IMG/VR virus record: IMGVR_UViG_3300008255_000309
Location: 1-32,784 of that record
Length of the DNA stretch: 32,784 nucleotides
DNA from: a virus
Lineage: Duplodnaviria; Caudoviricetes
Reading direction: 5' to 3' (one strand)
Below the pieces are notes generated by a model, which was not told the origin of the DNA, made no database searches, and was given only the letters and a program-made list of their open reading frames with translations. This document shows positions 1-9,511 of the stretch, in pieces. The number at the start of each line of letters is the position of its first letter. Position 1 is the stretch's first letter. A program made the translations under genes and the position numbers.

Positions 1-1
1 C

Positions 2-2146
2 GACGGCGATTCGCAAACCCGCAAGGGGCAAGCGGTTGACCCTTCTAAGTGGACCAAGCAGAGCGAATATAACGAATTCCTGGAGTACGCTTATTCCCTC
101 GCAACCTATACGGAGGTCAGTGTTTGGGGCAAAGGGCTGCACGTTTGGGTTCGTGGCAAGATTGGGGAAGGGTTAAGACGTCGCGGCGTTGAACTCTATT
201 CTCAGGAACGCTACATCCTTTGCACGGGTAACGTTATCGTCAACTTACCCATCGCAGAGCGCCAGGATCACTTGGATGCGGTGCTTGCACAAATCAGAGC
301 AGAGAACCCTCCAGAGGTTGCGCTTGCGGAGGTCGCACAGCTACAGGACGACGCGAGTGTTCATGCACGGTTAATGAGCGCCGAAAACGCATCTAAAGCG
401 GTTCCGCTGTGGGAGGGGCGGTGGCAGGAGCTAGGGTACCCGTCCCAGTCGGAGGCAGACCTTGCGCTCATGTCCATGCTTACTTTCTATTCACCATCCA
501 ATGAACAATGTCGCAGGATATTCAGAGCCAGCGCTTTGGGCCAACGTCCTAAAGCTATCAAGGACAACCGATATCTCAACTATACCCTCAAGATCATACG
601 AGCTCGACAAGCATATGAGCAAGCACAAGAAGAACAGGGATATGCGACCGCGAAGGAGCTTGCCAAGAATGAACTAGCACGCATGGAGGCGGCTCGCTTG
701 AATGCGGGCACCAGCGGGCCCACAGGCCCCGGCAGCGCAGCCCCTGCACAAGTAGCGGTGACAATGGCTGCACCTGTAGCGCCTGAGGTTGTTGCTGCAC
801 ACGGGGAGCTAGAATGGCCTCCAGGTTGCACGGGTGCGCTTGCTGCCTTCATCTACCAAAGCGCACCGCGTCCGGTTAAGGAGGTTGCAATCGTTGCGGC
901 GCTGGGGTTGCTGGCAGGTATTACCGGGAAAGCGTGGCACATTAAGAACTCAGGGCTTAACATCTACGTCATTCTTGTTGCTAAGTCCGCAATCGGGAAG
1001 GAGGCTATGCACAGCGGTATCGCCGCGCTCTGTAAGTCCGTTCTCAAGTATGCACCCTCTATCATGCGGTTCATATGCTTCAACTCATTTGCATCTGGAC
1101 AGGCACTCATTAAGCACTGCGCCATCAATGACTCGTTTCTGCACATCAACGGGGAATGGGGCCAGCGGCTTAAAGCCTTCAGCGATGACGCAACCGGGAA
1201 GAACCCTTCGTTGAACACACTGCGCACCACCATGATTGACCTGTACCAGAAGTCCGGGCCTCAAGCGATAGTCGGTGGCATCACTTACTCGAACGCGGAC
1301 AACAACATTGAAGCGGTGTCTGGTGTTGCATACAGCATGATTGGCGAAACCACTCCCAAAGCGTTCTATGAGTCCTTGTCAGAGGATATGATGGAGAACG
1401 GGTTTCTAAGCCGGTTTACCACAATCACACATGAAGGCGATCGACCGCCGCTCAACATGGACCAGCACGAAACACCGCCAGCACACCTTGTCGAATACTT
1501 TGGGGCGCTGTGCAAGCGTGCTGAGGAGCTGCTATCCCGTGGGCAGTCTGTGGAAGTACACCCGGACAAGGATGGCAAAAAACTGTACGCTGATTTCGAG
1601 ATTGAGTGCGACAAGCAAATCAACAGCAGCAACGACGAGCGCTGGCGGCAAATGTGGAACCGTGCATCTTTGAAAGTTATGCGCATCGCTTCGATTATGG
1701 CAGTCGCGGATAATTGGAACAACCCGGTCGTCAGTGCGGTGCATGTTACATGGGCTCAGAACGTTGTACGCCGTGACATCCAAATGATGATTGAACGCTT
1801 AAAGAGCGGTGACATTGGTACAGGTGACGACACCCGCGATCAAAAGCTATTGAGCGTGATTTACGACGCTGTGGTCAACGGGGCGACGGCAGGTTACAAC
1901 ATACCCGACGGAATGCTGGGGGATGGTGTGGTGCCTTATACGCTCTTACAGAAGCGAACAGCACGGGTGAGCGTCTTCTACAAAGCACGTCAAGGCGGTA
2001 CACAAGCGCTCAAGCAAACGGTGCAGTCCCTTATCGACGGAGGGTACATCACGGAAATGGCTGCAAAAGACACGACGGAGAAATACGCTTTTAAGGGTAA
2101 GTGTTATCGAATTGCACGTGCTTTGGAGGAATTCAAACAATTCTAA
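2..2146 (+). CDS. AEP-type primase-polymerase (NrS-1-like) with C-terminal DUF3987-like/helicase-related domain; 5' truncated
   Basis: The frame is open from base 2, upstream of the listed start at 272. It reads ...YTEVSVWGKGLHVW...GVELYSQERYILCTGN (AEP motifs), then YPSQSEADLALMSML (helical bundle domain) and a degenerate P-loop AKSAIGKE. Confidence 0.8.
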   Translation, partial: DGDSQTRKGQAVDPSKWTKQSEYNEFLEYAYSLATYTEVSVWGKGLHVWVRGKIGEGLRRRGVELYSQERYILCTGNVIVNLPIAERQDHLDAVLAQIRAENPPEVALAEVAQLQDDASVHARLMSAENASKAVPLWEGRWQELGYPSQSEADLALMSMLTFYSPSNEQCRRIFRASALGQRPKAIKDNRYLNYTLKIIRARQAYEQAQEEQGYATAKELAKNELARMEAARLNAGTSGPTGPGSAAPAQVAVTMAAPVAPEVVAAHGELEWPPGCTGALAAFIYQSAPRPVKEVAIVAALGLLAGITGKAWHIKNSGLNIYVILVAKSAIGKEAMHSGIAALCKSVLKYAPSIMRFICFNSFASGQALIKHCAINDSFLHINGEWGQRLKAFSDDATGKNPSLNTLRTTMIDLYQKSGPQAIVGGITYSNADNNIEAVSGVAYSMIGETTPKAFYESLSEDMMENGFLSRFTTITHEGDRPPLNMDQHETPPAHLVEYFGALCKRAEELLSRGQSVEVHPDKDGKKLYADFEIECDKQINSSNDERWRQMWNRASLKVMRIASIMAVADNWNNPVVSAVHVTWAQNVVRRDIQMMIERLKSGDIGTGDDTRDQKLLSVIYDAVVNGATAGYNIPDGMLGDGVVPYTLLQKRTARVSVFYKARQGGTQALKQTVQSLIDGGYITEMAAKDTTEKYAFKGKCYRIARALEEFKQF

Positions 2147-2148
2147 TC

Positions 2149-2177
2149 TTGTATTAGAGCTTTCGTATATGCACAAT
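2149..2177 (+). promoter_or_regulatory. Possible sigma70 promoter
   Basis: TTGTAT-17 bp-CACAAT in the AT-rich gap before the RBS (AGGA) of the gene at 2201. Confidence 0.35.
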
Positions 2178-2200
2178 GCGTCAACCAATAGGAAATAGAC

Positions 2201-2677
2201 ATGGCAACATTTAAGATAGAAATTCCAGATGGAGCGTTCGAGAATATTCGTAGCGATATTCGAGACGTACTTGTTCGTCAGCTTTCAAACGAGCTGCCAT
2301 CATATCCACAATTCGTGAAGAACCTTGCCAAGGACATGCCAACGCCCGCTGAGGAGCTGCACCACGCCAGCACGGGTATCAGCGGAGAGGCAGGTGAAAT
2401 CCTAGACCAGACGAAAAAGGTTTGGGTCTATGGCAAGCCACTGGACATCCGCCACCTGATAGAGGAGCTGGGTGACCTTCGCTTTTATTACCAAGCGATT
2501 CTGAACATGCTTGACCTTACGGATGCAGACATCCAAGCGCTAAACATGAAGAAACTGAGCGTTCGGTATGCGTCGGGCAAGTATAGCGACGCACAAGCAA
2601 TCGGCCGCGCGGACAAGAAGATTGAGTCCCCGCGCAATTTCATCGGAATGCCCAATAGCCCGGGCGAAACCAAGTAA
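2201..2677 (+). CDS. MazG-like NTP pyrophosphohydrolase
   Basis: GISGEAGEILD...LIEELGDL (ExxE...ExxD metal motif) and N-x-x-KL-x-x-RY, typical of all-alpha NTP-PPases. Confidence 0.85.
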   Translation: MATFKIEIPDGAFENIRSDIRDVLVRQLSNELPSYPQFVKNLAKDMPTPAEELHHASTGISGEAGEILDQTKKVWVYGKPLDIRHLIEELGDLRFYYQAILNMLDLTDADIQALNMKKLSVRYASGKYSDAQAIGRADKKIESPRNFIGMPNSPGETK

Positions 2678-2687
2678 GGAGCACAAC

Positions 2688-3131
2688 ATGGTAGAAGTGC
2701 CAGAAAACAAGGTCACAGAAGCAGACATCGCTAAATGGTATGAGATATCAAAGCGACTTAGTCAGCTCAAGTCTGAAGAGGGTCTTTTACGAAAGCGGGT
2801 GTTTGACGCTTTCTTCCCAGACCCAAAAGAAGGCACGAATACCCATGTCCTGACGGACGGGTACCAACTCAAGGGCGTGCATAGTATCAACCGCTCGGTC
2901 GACCCTGCAACGGTGCGCACATTGCGTGACGTGTTTATTGAGAAGGGCCTTAAACCTGACGAGCTGGTGCAGTGGAAGCCTGAGCTGGTGAAGAGTGAGT
3001 ACAACACGCTGACAGAGGAGGAAAAACAGCTCTTCGACCAGTGTTTAATCATTAAGGATGGTTCACCCTCAATGGAAATCAAACCGCCAAGCAAGAAGAA
3101 AGGTGGCACGCCGCCTCCGGGTGTTGCATGA
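2688..3131 (+). CDS. Conserved phage hypothetical protein of the replication module
   Basis: AAGGAG RBS before ATG 2688, preferred over the track start at 2568. Motifs EGTNT..L..GY.LK and KPEL...Y..L resemble proteins of related siphoviruses. Confidence 0.7.
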   Translation: MVEVPENKVTEADIAKWYEISKRLSQLKSEEGLLRKRVFDAFFPDPKEGTNTHVLTDGYQLKGVHSINRSVDPATVRTLRDVFIEKGLKPDELVQWKPELVKSEYNTLTEEEKQLFDQCLIIKDGSPSMEIKPPSKKKGGTPPPGVA

Positions 3132-3907
3132 GCGGGGAACCAGCGGACAAGGGGATCCTATTCCTCCCGGTACTGGATCACGGGTATGTCGCTCTTCGGA
3201 ACGTAGCGGGCCCAACACGGCGCAACAGCGATGGCGCTGATCGTAGTATGCAGCGACGTTTCGACGCGGACGACGTTGACCCCGCTAACGCTGCACGTAT
3301 GTCCTTCGACCAGATGGACAGCGGGCGCACCCGTGAGGAAGACTTGCGCTTGTGCGAGTACCTGATGAAGAACAAGCACACCACGCCTTTCGAAATGGTT
3401 GTCGTGTGGTTAGAAATGAAGATGCCAATCTTCGTCGCACGGCAGTTCGTACGGCACCGCACAGTCTCGATTAACGAAGTTAGCGGCAGGTACGTCGAAC
3501 TCCCTGCTGAATGGTACATTCCGGAAATTGAAGAGGTCGTGCTTCAGACTAAGGATAAGAAGCAAGGCGGACAACCTGTCAATATGAAGGATATGCTGGA
3601 GGTTGATCGGGCTGTAGCGTACCGCTTGCGGTTGTCCTCGGACTGTCGACGTTCGTATAAGCATTATCAGGAGTCCATTCAAGACGGTATTGCTATGGAG
3701 CAGGCACGGTGTCACCTGCATCTAAATCATTACACCCATTGGCTTTGGCGCCAAGACTTGCATAACATCATGCACTTTCTGAGCTTACGAGACCACGGGC
3801 ACGCGCAATCCGAATCCGCTAAATTTGCACGCGCCGCAGACATTCTGCTTCGCAAAGCACTTCCACACAGCATGGAACTCTATGACAAGTACAGGAGGCA
3901 CCCATGA
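3128..3907 (+). CDS. thyX: Flavin-dependent thymidylate synthase
   Basis: H-T-T-PFE, P-IFVARQ and the RHRTVSINEVSGRY signature (RHRx7S); E-QAR; LR-x3-HAQ-x-E. Confidence 0.95.
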   Translation: MSGEPADKGILFLPVLDHGYVALRNVAGPTRRNSDGADRSMQRRFDADDVDPANAARMSFDQMDSGRTREEDLRLCEYLMKNKHTTPFEMVVVWLEMKMPIFVARQFVRHRTVSINEVSGRYVELPAEWYIPEIEEVVLQTKDKKQGGQPVNMKDMLEVDRAVAYRLRLSSDCRRSYKHYQESIQDGIAMEQARCHLHLNHYTHWLWRQDLHNIMHFLSLRDHGHAQSESAKFARAADILLRKALPHSMELYDKYRRHP

Positions 3908-4797
3908 AGCCAATGAAAGCAGAAGACGCGAAGGAGCTGGTGTTCCCGCTGTATGCTAGTCCGAAACTGGACGGCATTCGTGCAGTCGTTAAAGATGCCA
4001 CCGTGCTGTCCAATTCGCTCAAGCTGATTCCGAATGCCTACGTTCAGCAGGTACTAGGGCAAACCCTGTATGACGGCTTGGATGGTGAATTGGTTGTTGG
4101 TCCACCGAACGCTCCGAACGCTATGCAGTCCACGACCAGCGGTGTCATGAGTCGTACAGGTGAACCTGATTTCACTTACTGGGTCTTTGATTTCTGGAAC
4201 TCACCTTCCATGCCCTTCAGCAAACGTTATCAAATTATAATGCGAGCTGTGCGGGACGGGATATTCGACGGTCCAACCCGCATTCAGCATCTGCCACAAA
4301 CTATTATCAGAAACGAAATTGAGCTGAACGCTTTTGAAACCATGTGCCTTGAAGATGGTTATGAGGGCATAATGGTTCGCTCCCCAAGTGGAATTTACAA
4401 GTACGGGCGCAGCACTGCACGCGAAGGGATTATGCTGAAGGTGAAGCGCTGGGCTGACGGAGAAGCTATTGTCATCGGTTACGAAGAGCAGATGCACAAT
4501 GCCAACGAAGCCAGCGTCAACGCACTGGGAAACACCCAGCGCAGCACAGCGAAGGCGGGTATGGTGCCAAAGGGTACCCTTGGAACGCTACTGGTAAAAG
4601 AATTGACCACGGGTGTCGAGTTCAGTGTTGGTACGGGTAAAGGGCTCACCGCTGAGCTGCGCCAAAAGCTGTGGGAAGACCAAGACAACCTGATTGGCAA
4701 GACGATCAAATACCAGTCATTCAAAGCAACTGGGGTCAAAGAGAAACCTCGGTTTCCTAAGTTCGTCGCATTCCGCGACCCGATTGACATGGAGTAG
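3904..4797 (+). CDS. ATP-dependent DNA ligase
   Basis: Motif I SPKLDGIR, III LDGEL, IIIa VFD, IV EGIMVR, V MLKVK, VI PRFP. Confidence 0.95.
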   Translation: MKPMKAEDAKELVFPLYASPKLDGIRAVVKDATVLSNSLKLIPNAYVQQVLGQTLYDGLDGELVVGPPNAPNAMQSTTSGVMSRTGEPDFTYWVFDFWNSPSMPFSKRYQIIMRAVRDGIFDGPTRIQHLPQTIIRNEIELNAFETMCLEDGYEGIMVRSPSGIYKYGRSTAREGIMLKVKRWADGEAIVIGYEEQMHNANEASVNALGNTQRSTAKAGMVPKGTLGTLLVKELTTGVEFSVGTGKGLTAELRQKLWEDQDNLIGKTIKYQSFKATGVKEKPRFPKFVAFRDPIDME

Positions 4798-4800
4798 GAC

Positions 4801-5052
4801 ATGAATGTTTTCCGCACATCTGCGACTCCCAACCTGCACCGCACAGCGGGGGATGACGAAGTAATTATTCACGTCGAGCGGTTTTTCCCAAATTTAACCG
4901 GGGCGCTCAAACAACTGCTCGAGCGTTTGAAGAATCCTGGTGTTGACGCTTCAAATCGTATTGAGGATCGTTTCTGTGCTGCACGTGTAAAGGCGACAGG
5001 TTGTTGTCCGAATTGTGGCACAGTTCTTGAGGTTGAAAAATCTAGCTCCTAG
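4801..5052 (+). CDS. Small hypothetical protein with C-terminal CPNCG (possible zinc knuckle)
   Basis: GGAG/AGGA RBS; fills the gap between ligase and NTPase on the coding strand. Confidence 0.55.
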   Translation: MNVFRTSATPNLHRTAGDDEVIIHVERFFPNLTGALKQLLERLKNPGVDASNRIEDRFCAARVKATGCCPNCGTVLEVEKSSS

Positions 5053-5099
5053 GACAGGCACGGGTTATAATTACCACCGGAACAAGTTCGAGATAGAAT

Positions 5100-5828
5100 A
5101 TGGCAATGCAATTCACCACAGCGGAAGGCGCGTCAGAGTTATCAGGCATCAAGGCGCTCGTTTATAGCTCCGCTGGTTACGGTAAGACAGCCCTCACCGC
5201 TACCCTGCCGAACCCTGTGCTCATTAGCGCAGAAGCGGGCACGTTGTCGCTCCGCCGGGCAAATCTCGAGCGCATGTGGGGAGTCGGGTGCCCTGACATT
5301 GCATACAACATCCCAACCATTGTGATCAAGACAATGGAGGACTTCGAGGAGGCTTATTTGTGGTGTACCCGGAGCAAGGAAGCACAGCAGTTCCAGAGCA
5401 TCTCGCTGGATAGTGTGTCCGAAATGGGTGAAGCGATCCTCAACAATGCAAAGCGCACAGTAAAAGACCCGCGCCAAGCATATGGGGAGCTCATTGAGAA
5501 GATGACAACCAAGATTCGCCAGTTCCGCGATATCCAAGGGAAGCACGTTTACTTCGCAGCTAAGCAAGAACCATTCAAAGACGAGTTGACTGGCGCTACC
5601 AAGTACGGGCCCTCAATGCCTGGGCGCCAACTGGGCCCAGCGCTGCCATACTTCTTCGACGAAGTGTTTTGCCTGCGCATTGGAACTGACCCGCAAACAA
5701 ATCAGAATTATCGTTACTTGCTAACACAACCAGACATTCAGTACGAAGCTAAAGATCGAAGCGGGGCCCTCGCTACGATTGAAATACCTCACTTGGGCCG
5801 AGTGTTTTCTAAAATTTTAGGAGTTTAA
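5100..5828 (+). CDS. AAA_24 family P-loop NTPase (Sak4-like recombination/annealing protein)
   Basis: Walker A SAGYGKT, Walker B SISLDSVSE, LPYFFDEV and AKDRSG; adjacent to a DUF669 SSB-like gene and an exonuclease. Confidence 0.85.
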   Translation: MAMQFTTAEGASELSGIKALVYSSAGYGKTALTATLPNPVLISAEAGTLSLRRANLERMWGVGCPDIAYNIPTIVIKTMEDFEEAYLWCTRSKEAQQFQSISLDSVSEMGEAILNNAKRTVKDPRQAYGELIEKMTTKIRQFRDIQGKHVYFAAKQEPFKDELTGATKYGPSMPGRQLGPALPYFFDEVFCLRIGTDPQTNQNYRYLLTQPDIQYEAKDRSGALATIEIPHLGRVFSKILGV

Positions 5829-5832
5829 GGAT

Positions 5833-6573
5833 ATGGCACAACTACCATTTGACGCGACAAATACCTCACCAGATATGGGCATGGATCCCGTGCCCGCTGG
5901 CTGGTATAACGCAATGATTGACAGCTCGGAAATGAAACCGACGAGCACCGGGGACGGTGCATACCTGGAATGCCAGTTTAAGATTCTTGACGGGCAGTAT
6001 GCAGGTCGCAGACTCTTCACCCGGTTAAACCTTCGCAACAACAATCCGACAGCGGTTGAGATTGCATACAAGGAACTCGCCTGCATTATCCATGCAGTAA
6101 AGGAACAGCGTCGCTCCTTGCAGATGACTGACAGTCAGGAGCTGCACGGTATCCCGCTCAAGGTGAAGGTCAAAATCACCAAAGACAAGAACGGCGTCTA
6201 TGATGACAAGAACGAAATCACCTCGTACAAGGGTATCAACGAAGCAACAGGCGCGAATCCCGTTCTTCCGGGTGCTCCGCCTGTTGCCGCTGCACCGCCT
6301 GCAACCCCGGCTGGCTGGGGAGTACCTCCGGGCGCTGGTGCTGTAGCACCTCCCGCACCCGCTGCACCCGCTCAGCAGCCATGGCAGGCACCTCCGGGAC
6401 AGCCTGCTCCAGCGCAGCCTTGGGCGCAGCAGCCAGCCGCTCCACAGAGCGCACCACCGCCCGCAGCCGCCCCACAGGGCACTGCCCCGCCCCCGTGGCA
6501 GGCACCAGCAGCAGCGCAGCCCCCAGCAGCGCCAGCAGCACCTTCCGCGGCTGTGCCGCCTTGGCAGCAGTAG
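5833..6573 (+). CDS. DUF669-family ssDNA-binding protein with Pro/Ala/Gln-rich tail
   Basis: PVPAGWYNA..., YLECQFKILDGQYAGR, KNEI; low-complexity C-terminal ~110 aa. Confidence 0.8.
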   Translation: MAQLPFDATNTSPDMGMDPVPAGWYNAMIDSSEMKPTSTGDGAYLECQFKILDGQYAGRRLFTRLNLRNNNPTAVEIAYKELACIIHAVKEQRRSLQMTDSQELHGIPLKVKVKITKDKNGVYDDKNEITSYKGINEATGANPVLPGAPPVAAAPPATPAGWGVPPGAGAVAPPAPAAPAQQPWQAPPGQPAPAQPWAQQPAAPQSAPPPAAAPQGTAPPPWQAPAAAQPPAAPAAPSAAVPPWQQ

Positions 6574-6590
6574 GATAGAGGGGGAGTTTG

Positions 6591-6624
6591 GGGGCGCTTG
6601 CGCAAGTAGGCGCCCCTATTTTTT
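6591..6624 (+). terminator. Rho-independent terminator
   Basis: Stem GGGGCGCTTGC-GCAA loop-GTAGGCGCCCC (two G:U pairs) followed by TATTTTTT. Confidence 0.8.
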
Positions 6625-6627
6625 GAC

Positions 6628-7602
6628 ATGACTCATCTTCACATACCAGTCAAGACCCTTGCGCTAATAGACAACACAGTCAAAGCGGATCAGGGTAACT
6701 CGTACCGAAAGCACCTTGAACGGGTACTGCCCCACATTGGGGACATTTATCGCAGCGACGAAGATGCACACCGCTCTCACATGGGTGCATCCATACTCGG
6801 TGGCGGTTGTGCGCGTGCTATTTGGTACAATTTCAGATGGGCTACTGCATCAAATTTCAGCGGGCGGATTCTGCGCCTGTTTAACCGCGGGCACATGGAA
6901 GAAGCACGGTTCATTGCCCTGCTCCTCATGATTGGTTGCGAGGTGTACCAGCAAGACGAGAACGGCAAGCAATTCCGCATCAGCCACGAAGCTGGGCACA
7001 TTGGCGGATCGGGCGATGGTGTGGTTATAGGTTTGCCAGACTTGCCACCCGGTACAGCGGTTCTAATCGAAGCTAAGACGCACAATGACAAATCCTTCAA
7101 AGACCTTGCTGGGGACAACTGGCAGAAGTATATCGATCACTTTATTGATCCGAACAACAACCCGCCAGTCCCGTTCAAGGGAAAGGGTGTGCATGAAGCC
7201 AAGCTCGAGCACTATGTTCAGTCAAATATCTACATGACGAAGATGGGGCTTGGTGCAACCCTTTACCTCGCTGTCAATAAAAATACAGACGAGCTTTACG
7301 CTGAGTTGATTCCAGCTAACCCGGAATCCGCTGCACGGTTTCTTGACAGGGGCTCGCAACTGGTGCGGATGGAACTGCCACCAGAAAAAATAAACGCTTC
7401 ACCGGGTTTCTGGAAGTGCAGGTTTTGTGACCATAGGCCCGTCTGCCACCTCAAGCAAGCGCCAGACCGCAACTGCCGCACGTGCGAATTCAGTAAACCG
7501 AACGCAGAAGACAAGGGTTGGAGCTGTGCGATACATGGTGCTATTGACGTGCCAACCCAGCTCAAGGGCTGCACTGACTACCAAGTGAAGCCCGGCTTCT
7601 AA
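6628..7602 (+). CDS. Cas4-like PD-(D/E)xK exonuclease with Cys cluster
   Basis: MGAS...C-x-R, G-H-x-x-E, GSGDG...LIEAKT, HYVQ...YM, and C-terminal CRFC..C plus CRTC. Confidence 0.85.
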   Translation: MTHLHIPVKTLALIDNTVKADQGNSYRKHLERVLPHIGDIYRSDEDAHRSHMGASILGGGCARAIWYNFRWATASNFSGRILRLFNRGHMEEARFIALLLMIGCEVYQQDENGKQFRISHEAGHIGGSGDGVVIGLPDLPPGTAVLIEAKTHNDKSFKDLAGDNWQKYIDHFIDPNNNPPVPFKGKGVHEAKLEHYVQSNIYMTKMGLGATLYLAVNKNTDELYAELIPANPESAARFLDRGSQLVRMELPPEKINASPGFWKCRFCDHRPVCHLKQAPDRNCRTCEFSKPNAEDKGWSCAIHGAIDVPTQLKGCTDYQVKPGF

Positions 7603-9351
7603 ATGGAAATCATTCCACGTAGCTATCAGATTGAGTGTGTCGGATCGCTGTACCGCTATTTTGAGCAGAAGAAGGGCAATCCCGTCTGCGCCCTGCCAAC
7701 GGGCACGGGTAAGAGTATCGTCATCGCTATGTTCCTTGAGTCAACTCTTAAACAGTGGCACCGACAGAAAATACTTGTACTCACTCACGTCAAGGAACTC
7801 ATCCAGCAAAATTATGGCAAGCTGTTACAGGTATGGCCAAGCGCACCCGCGGGCGTGAATAGTGCTGGTCTTGGACAGCGAGACACCACTCAGGGGATTA
7901 TTTTTGCTGGGATTGGTTCCGTTGCTAAACATGCTGTCAGTTTCGGGCGCGTTGATTTAATTATCATTGACGAGGCGCACCTTGTAAGCCCCAAGGATGC
8001 AACCATGTATCGGACCTTCATACAAGGTCTCCTCGCTATTAACCCCAAGTTAAAAGTGATCGGGTTTACTGCAACCCCGTGGCGTCTTGGGCACGGGCAT
8101 ATCGCAGAGGGTGAAGATGCCCTGTTCACAGATGTTTGCTTTGATATAACAGGTCTCGAGGCGTTTAATCGGCTTATAGCCGAAGGGTTCGTGTCACCCT
8201 TGATCCCAAGACAGACGAATTTGTTACTTGACGTCGATAACGTTCACATGCGGGGCGGCGACTTTATACCGGGTGAGCTTCAGAGCGCTATTGACCGGGA
8301 TGATATCACCGCCCGCGCACTACGGGAAGCGTTCGAGCTTGGTGCAGGTCGCAAGCACTGGTTAATCTTTGCAGCGGGTATTGAGCACGCGAACAACATT
8401 GCAGACATGATGACAGAGATGGGTGAAACGTGCCACGCAATTCATTCCAAGATGTCTGATAAGGAACGCGACCGCAAGATCGCAGATTTCAAAGCGGGCA
8501 GGGTGCGAGCTGTGGTTAACAACAACGTCCTGACCACAGGGTTTGACTTTCCTGCCATCGACCTCATTGTTATGCTTCGCCCAACCGCGTCAACCGTGTT
8601 ATGGGTTCAGATGCTTGGTCGTGGCACGCGCCCCAGCCCTGAAACAGGGAAGGAAAACTGTCTTGTCCTGGATTTCAGCGGCAATACACGTCGCCTGGGG
8701 CCGATTAACGATCCGGTCCTCCCTAAGCGGAAGGGGAAAAAGGCGGGTGATGCCCCAGTTAAGCTCTGCGAAGCGTGCAACACACTTAATCACGCCAGTG
8801 TGCGGTTCTGCATCTTTTGTGGCTTTGAATTTCAATTTGACACCAAGCTCAAACAAGAAGCAAGCACACAGGATCTTATTAAGGGTGAAATGCCCGTTGT
8901 CGAAATTTTCACAGTTGATCACGTTACCTTTCGTCAATACGATAAGCAAGACCGCCCACCTAGTATCAAAGTGACCTATTATTGCGGGCTGCACTCTTTT
9001 AGTGAATATGTGTGTCTAGAGCATGAGGGCTATGCAGCTCGCAAGGCGCGTGCATGGTGGCGGGAGCGTGCTGCACTTGCAGGCATACCGGGTGCAGGGA
9101 GCAGCGTGCCCGAAACCACAGCACAAGGGCTCTTCCTTGTGGAGCACTTACCAGTGGCGACACATTTGCGAATATGGATCAATAAGAAGTATCCTGAAAT
9201 TCTTTCGCAGTGCTTTGACGGTAGTGCATTCAATACTATTGAGATATCTGACTCCCGTGCGCCTCCTAGCGTAGAGGTGCAAAGCGCAGAAGTCAGAACT
9301 TTAACCAGCACAGCTCCGAATAATGACTATGACGACGATATACCTTTCTAG
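7603..9351 (+). CDS. Superfamily 2 DEAH helicase (RadD/YejH-like) with zinc finger
   Basis: PTGTGKS, IIDEAH, GFTATP, LTTGFD, QMLGRGTR, CEAC...CIFC. Confidence 0.93.
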   Translation: MEIIPRSYQIECVGSLYRYFEQKKGNPVCALPTGTGKSIVIAMFLESTLKQWHRQKILVLTHVKELIQQNYGKLLQVWPSAPAGVNSAGLGQRDTTQGIIFAGIGSVAKHAVSFGRVDLIIIDEAHLVSPKDATMYRTFIQGLLAINPKLKVIGFTATPWRLGHGHIAEGEDALFTDVCFDITGLEAFNRLIAEGFVSPLIPRQTNLLLDVDNVHMRGGDFIPGELQSAIDRDDITARALREAFELGAGRKHWLIFAAGIEHANNIADMMTEMGETCHAIHSKMSDKERDRKIADFKAGRVRAVVNNNVLTTGFDFPAIDLIVMLRPTASTVLWVQMLGRGTRPSPETGKENCLVLDFSGNTRRLGPINDPVLPKRKGKKAGDAPVKLCEACNTLNHASVRFCIFCGFEFQFDTKLKQEASTQDLIKGEMPVVEIFTVDHVTFRQYDKQDRPPSIKVTYYCGLHSFSEYVCLEHEGYAARKARAWWRERAALAGIPGAGSSVPETTAQGLFLVEHLPVATHLRIWINKKYPEILSQCFDGSAFNTIEISDSRAPPSVEVQSAEVRTLTSTAPNNDYDDDIPF

Positions 9352-9398
9352 ACTTATCAATGACTTAAAATTATTTTAGACTTTTCTGCAAAATCCTA

Positions 9399-9426
9399 TT
9401 GACATCTAATCTAGTCTGTCTATAGT
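9399..9426 (+). promoter_or_regulatory. Strong sigma70-type promoter
   Basis: TTGACA-16 bp-TATAGT with an AT-rich UP-like tract upstream. Confidence 0.75.
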
Positions 9427-9442
9427 GGGAACCATGATGTGA

Positions 9443-9511
9443 GATTGGTCCCGGGCGAAGCACCCCAAGGACGTTCCTTGTAAAACAACGTAGCTAGACC
9501 CGGGACCAATC
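9443..9511 (+). ncRNA. Putative structured RNA / 5' leader of unknown class
   Basis: Perfect 13-bp inverted repeat GATTGGTCCCGGG / CCCGGGACCAATC enclosing the inner hairpin CAAGG-ACGTT-CCTTG, directly downstream of the promoter. Confidence 0.5.

Noticed and set aside
2568-2687. Extended N-terminus given by the ORF track
   Set aside because: Overlaps the MazG-like gene by 110 nt; a strong RBS supports ATG 2688.
5043-5071. Promoter upstream of the AAA NTPase
   Set aside because: Perfect TATAAT at 5066-5071 but no convincing -35 at the correct spacing.
6628-7602. Cas4-like gene as a sign of a CRISPR-Cas system
   Set aside because: No repeat-spacer array or other cas genes; a solo Cas4-like exonuclease beside Sak4 and SSB is a normal phage recombination module.
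9443-9511. tRNA or hammerhead ribozyme
   Set aside because: No cloverleaf, T-loop GTTCRA or CCA arrangement, and no CTGATGA/GAAA core.
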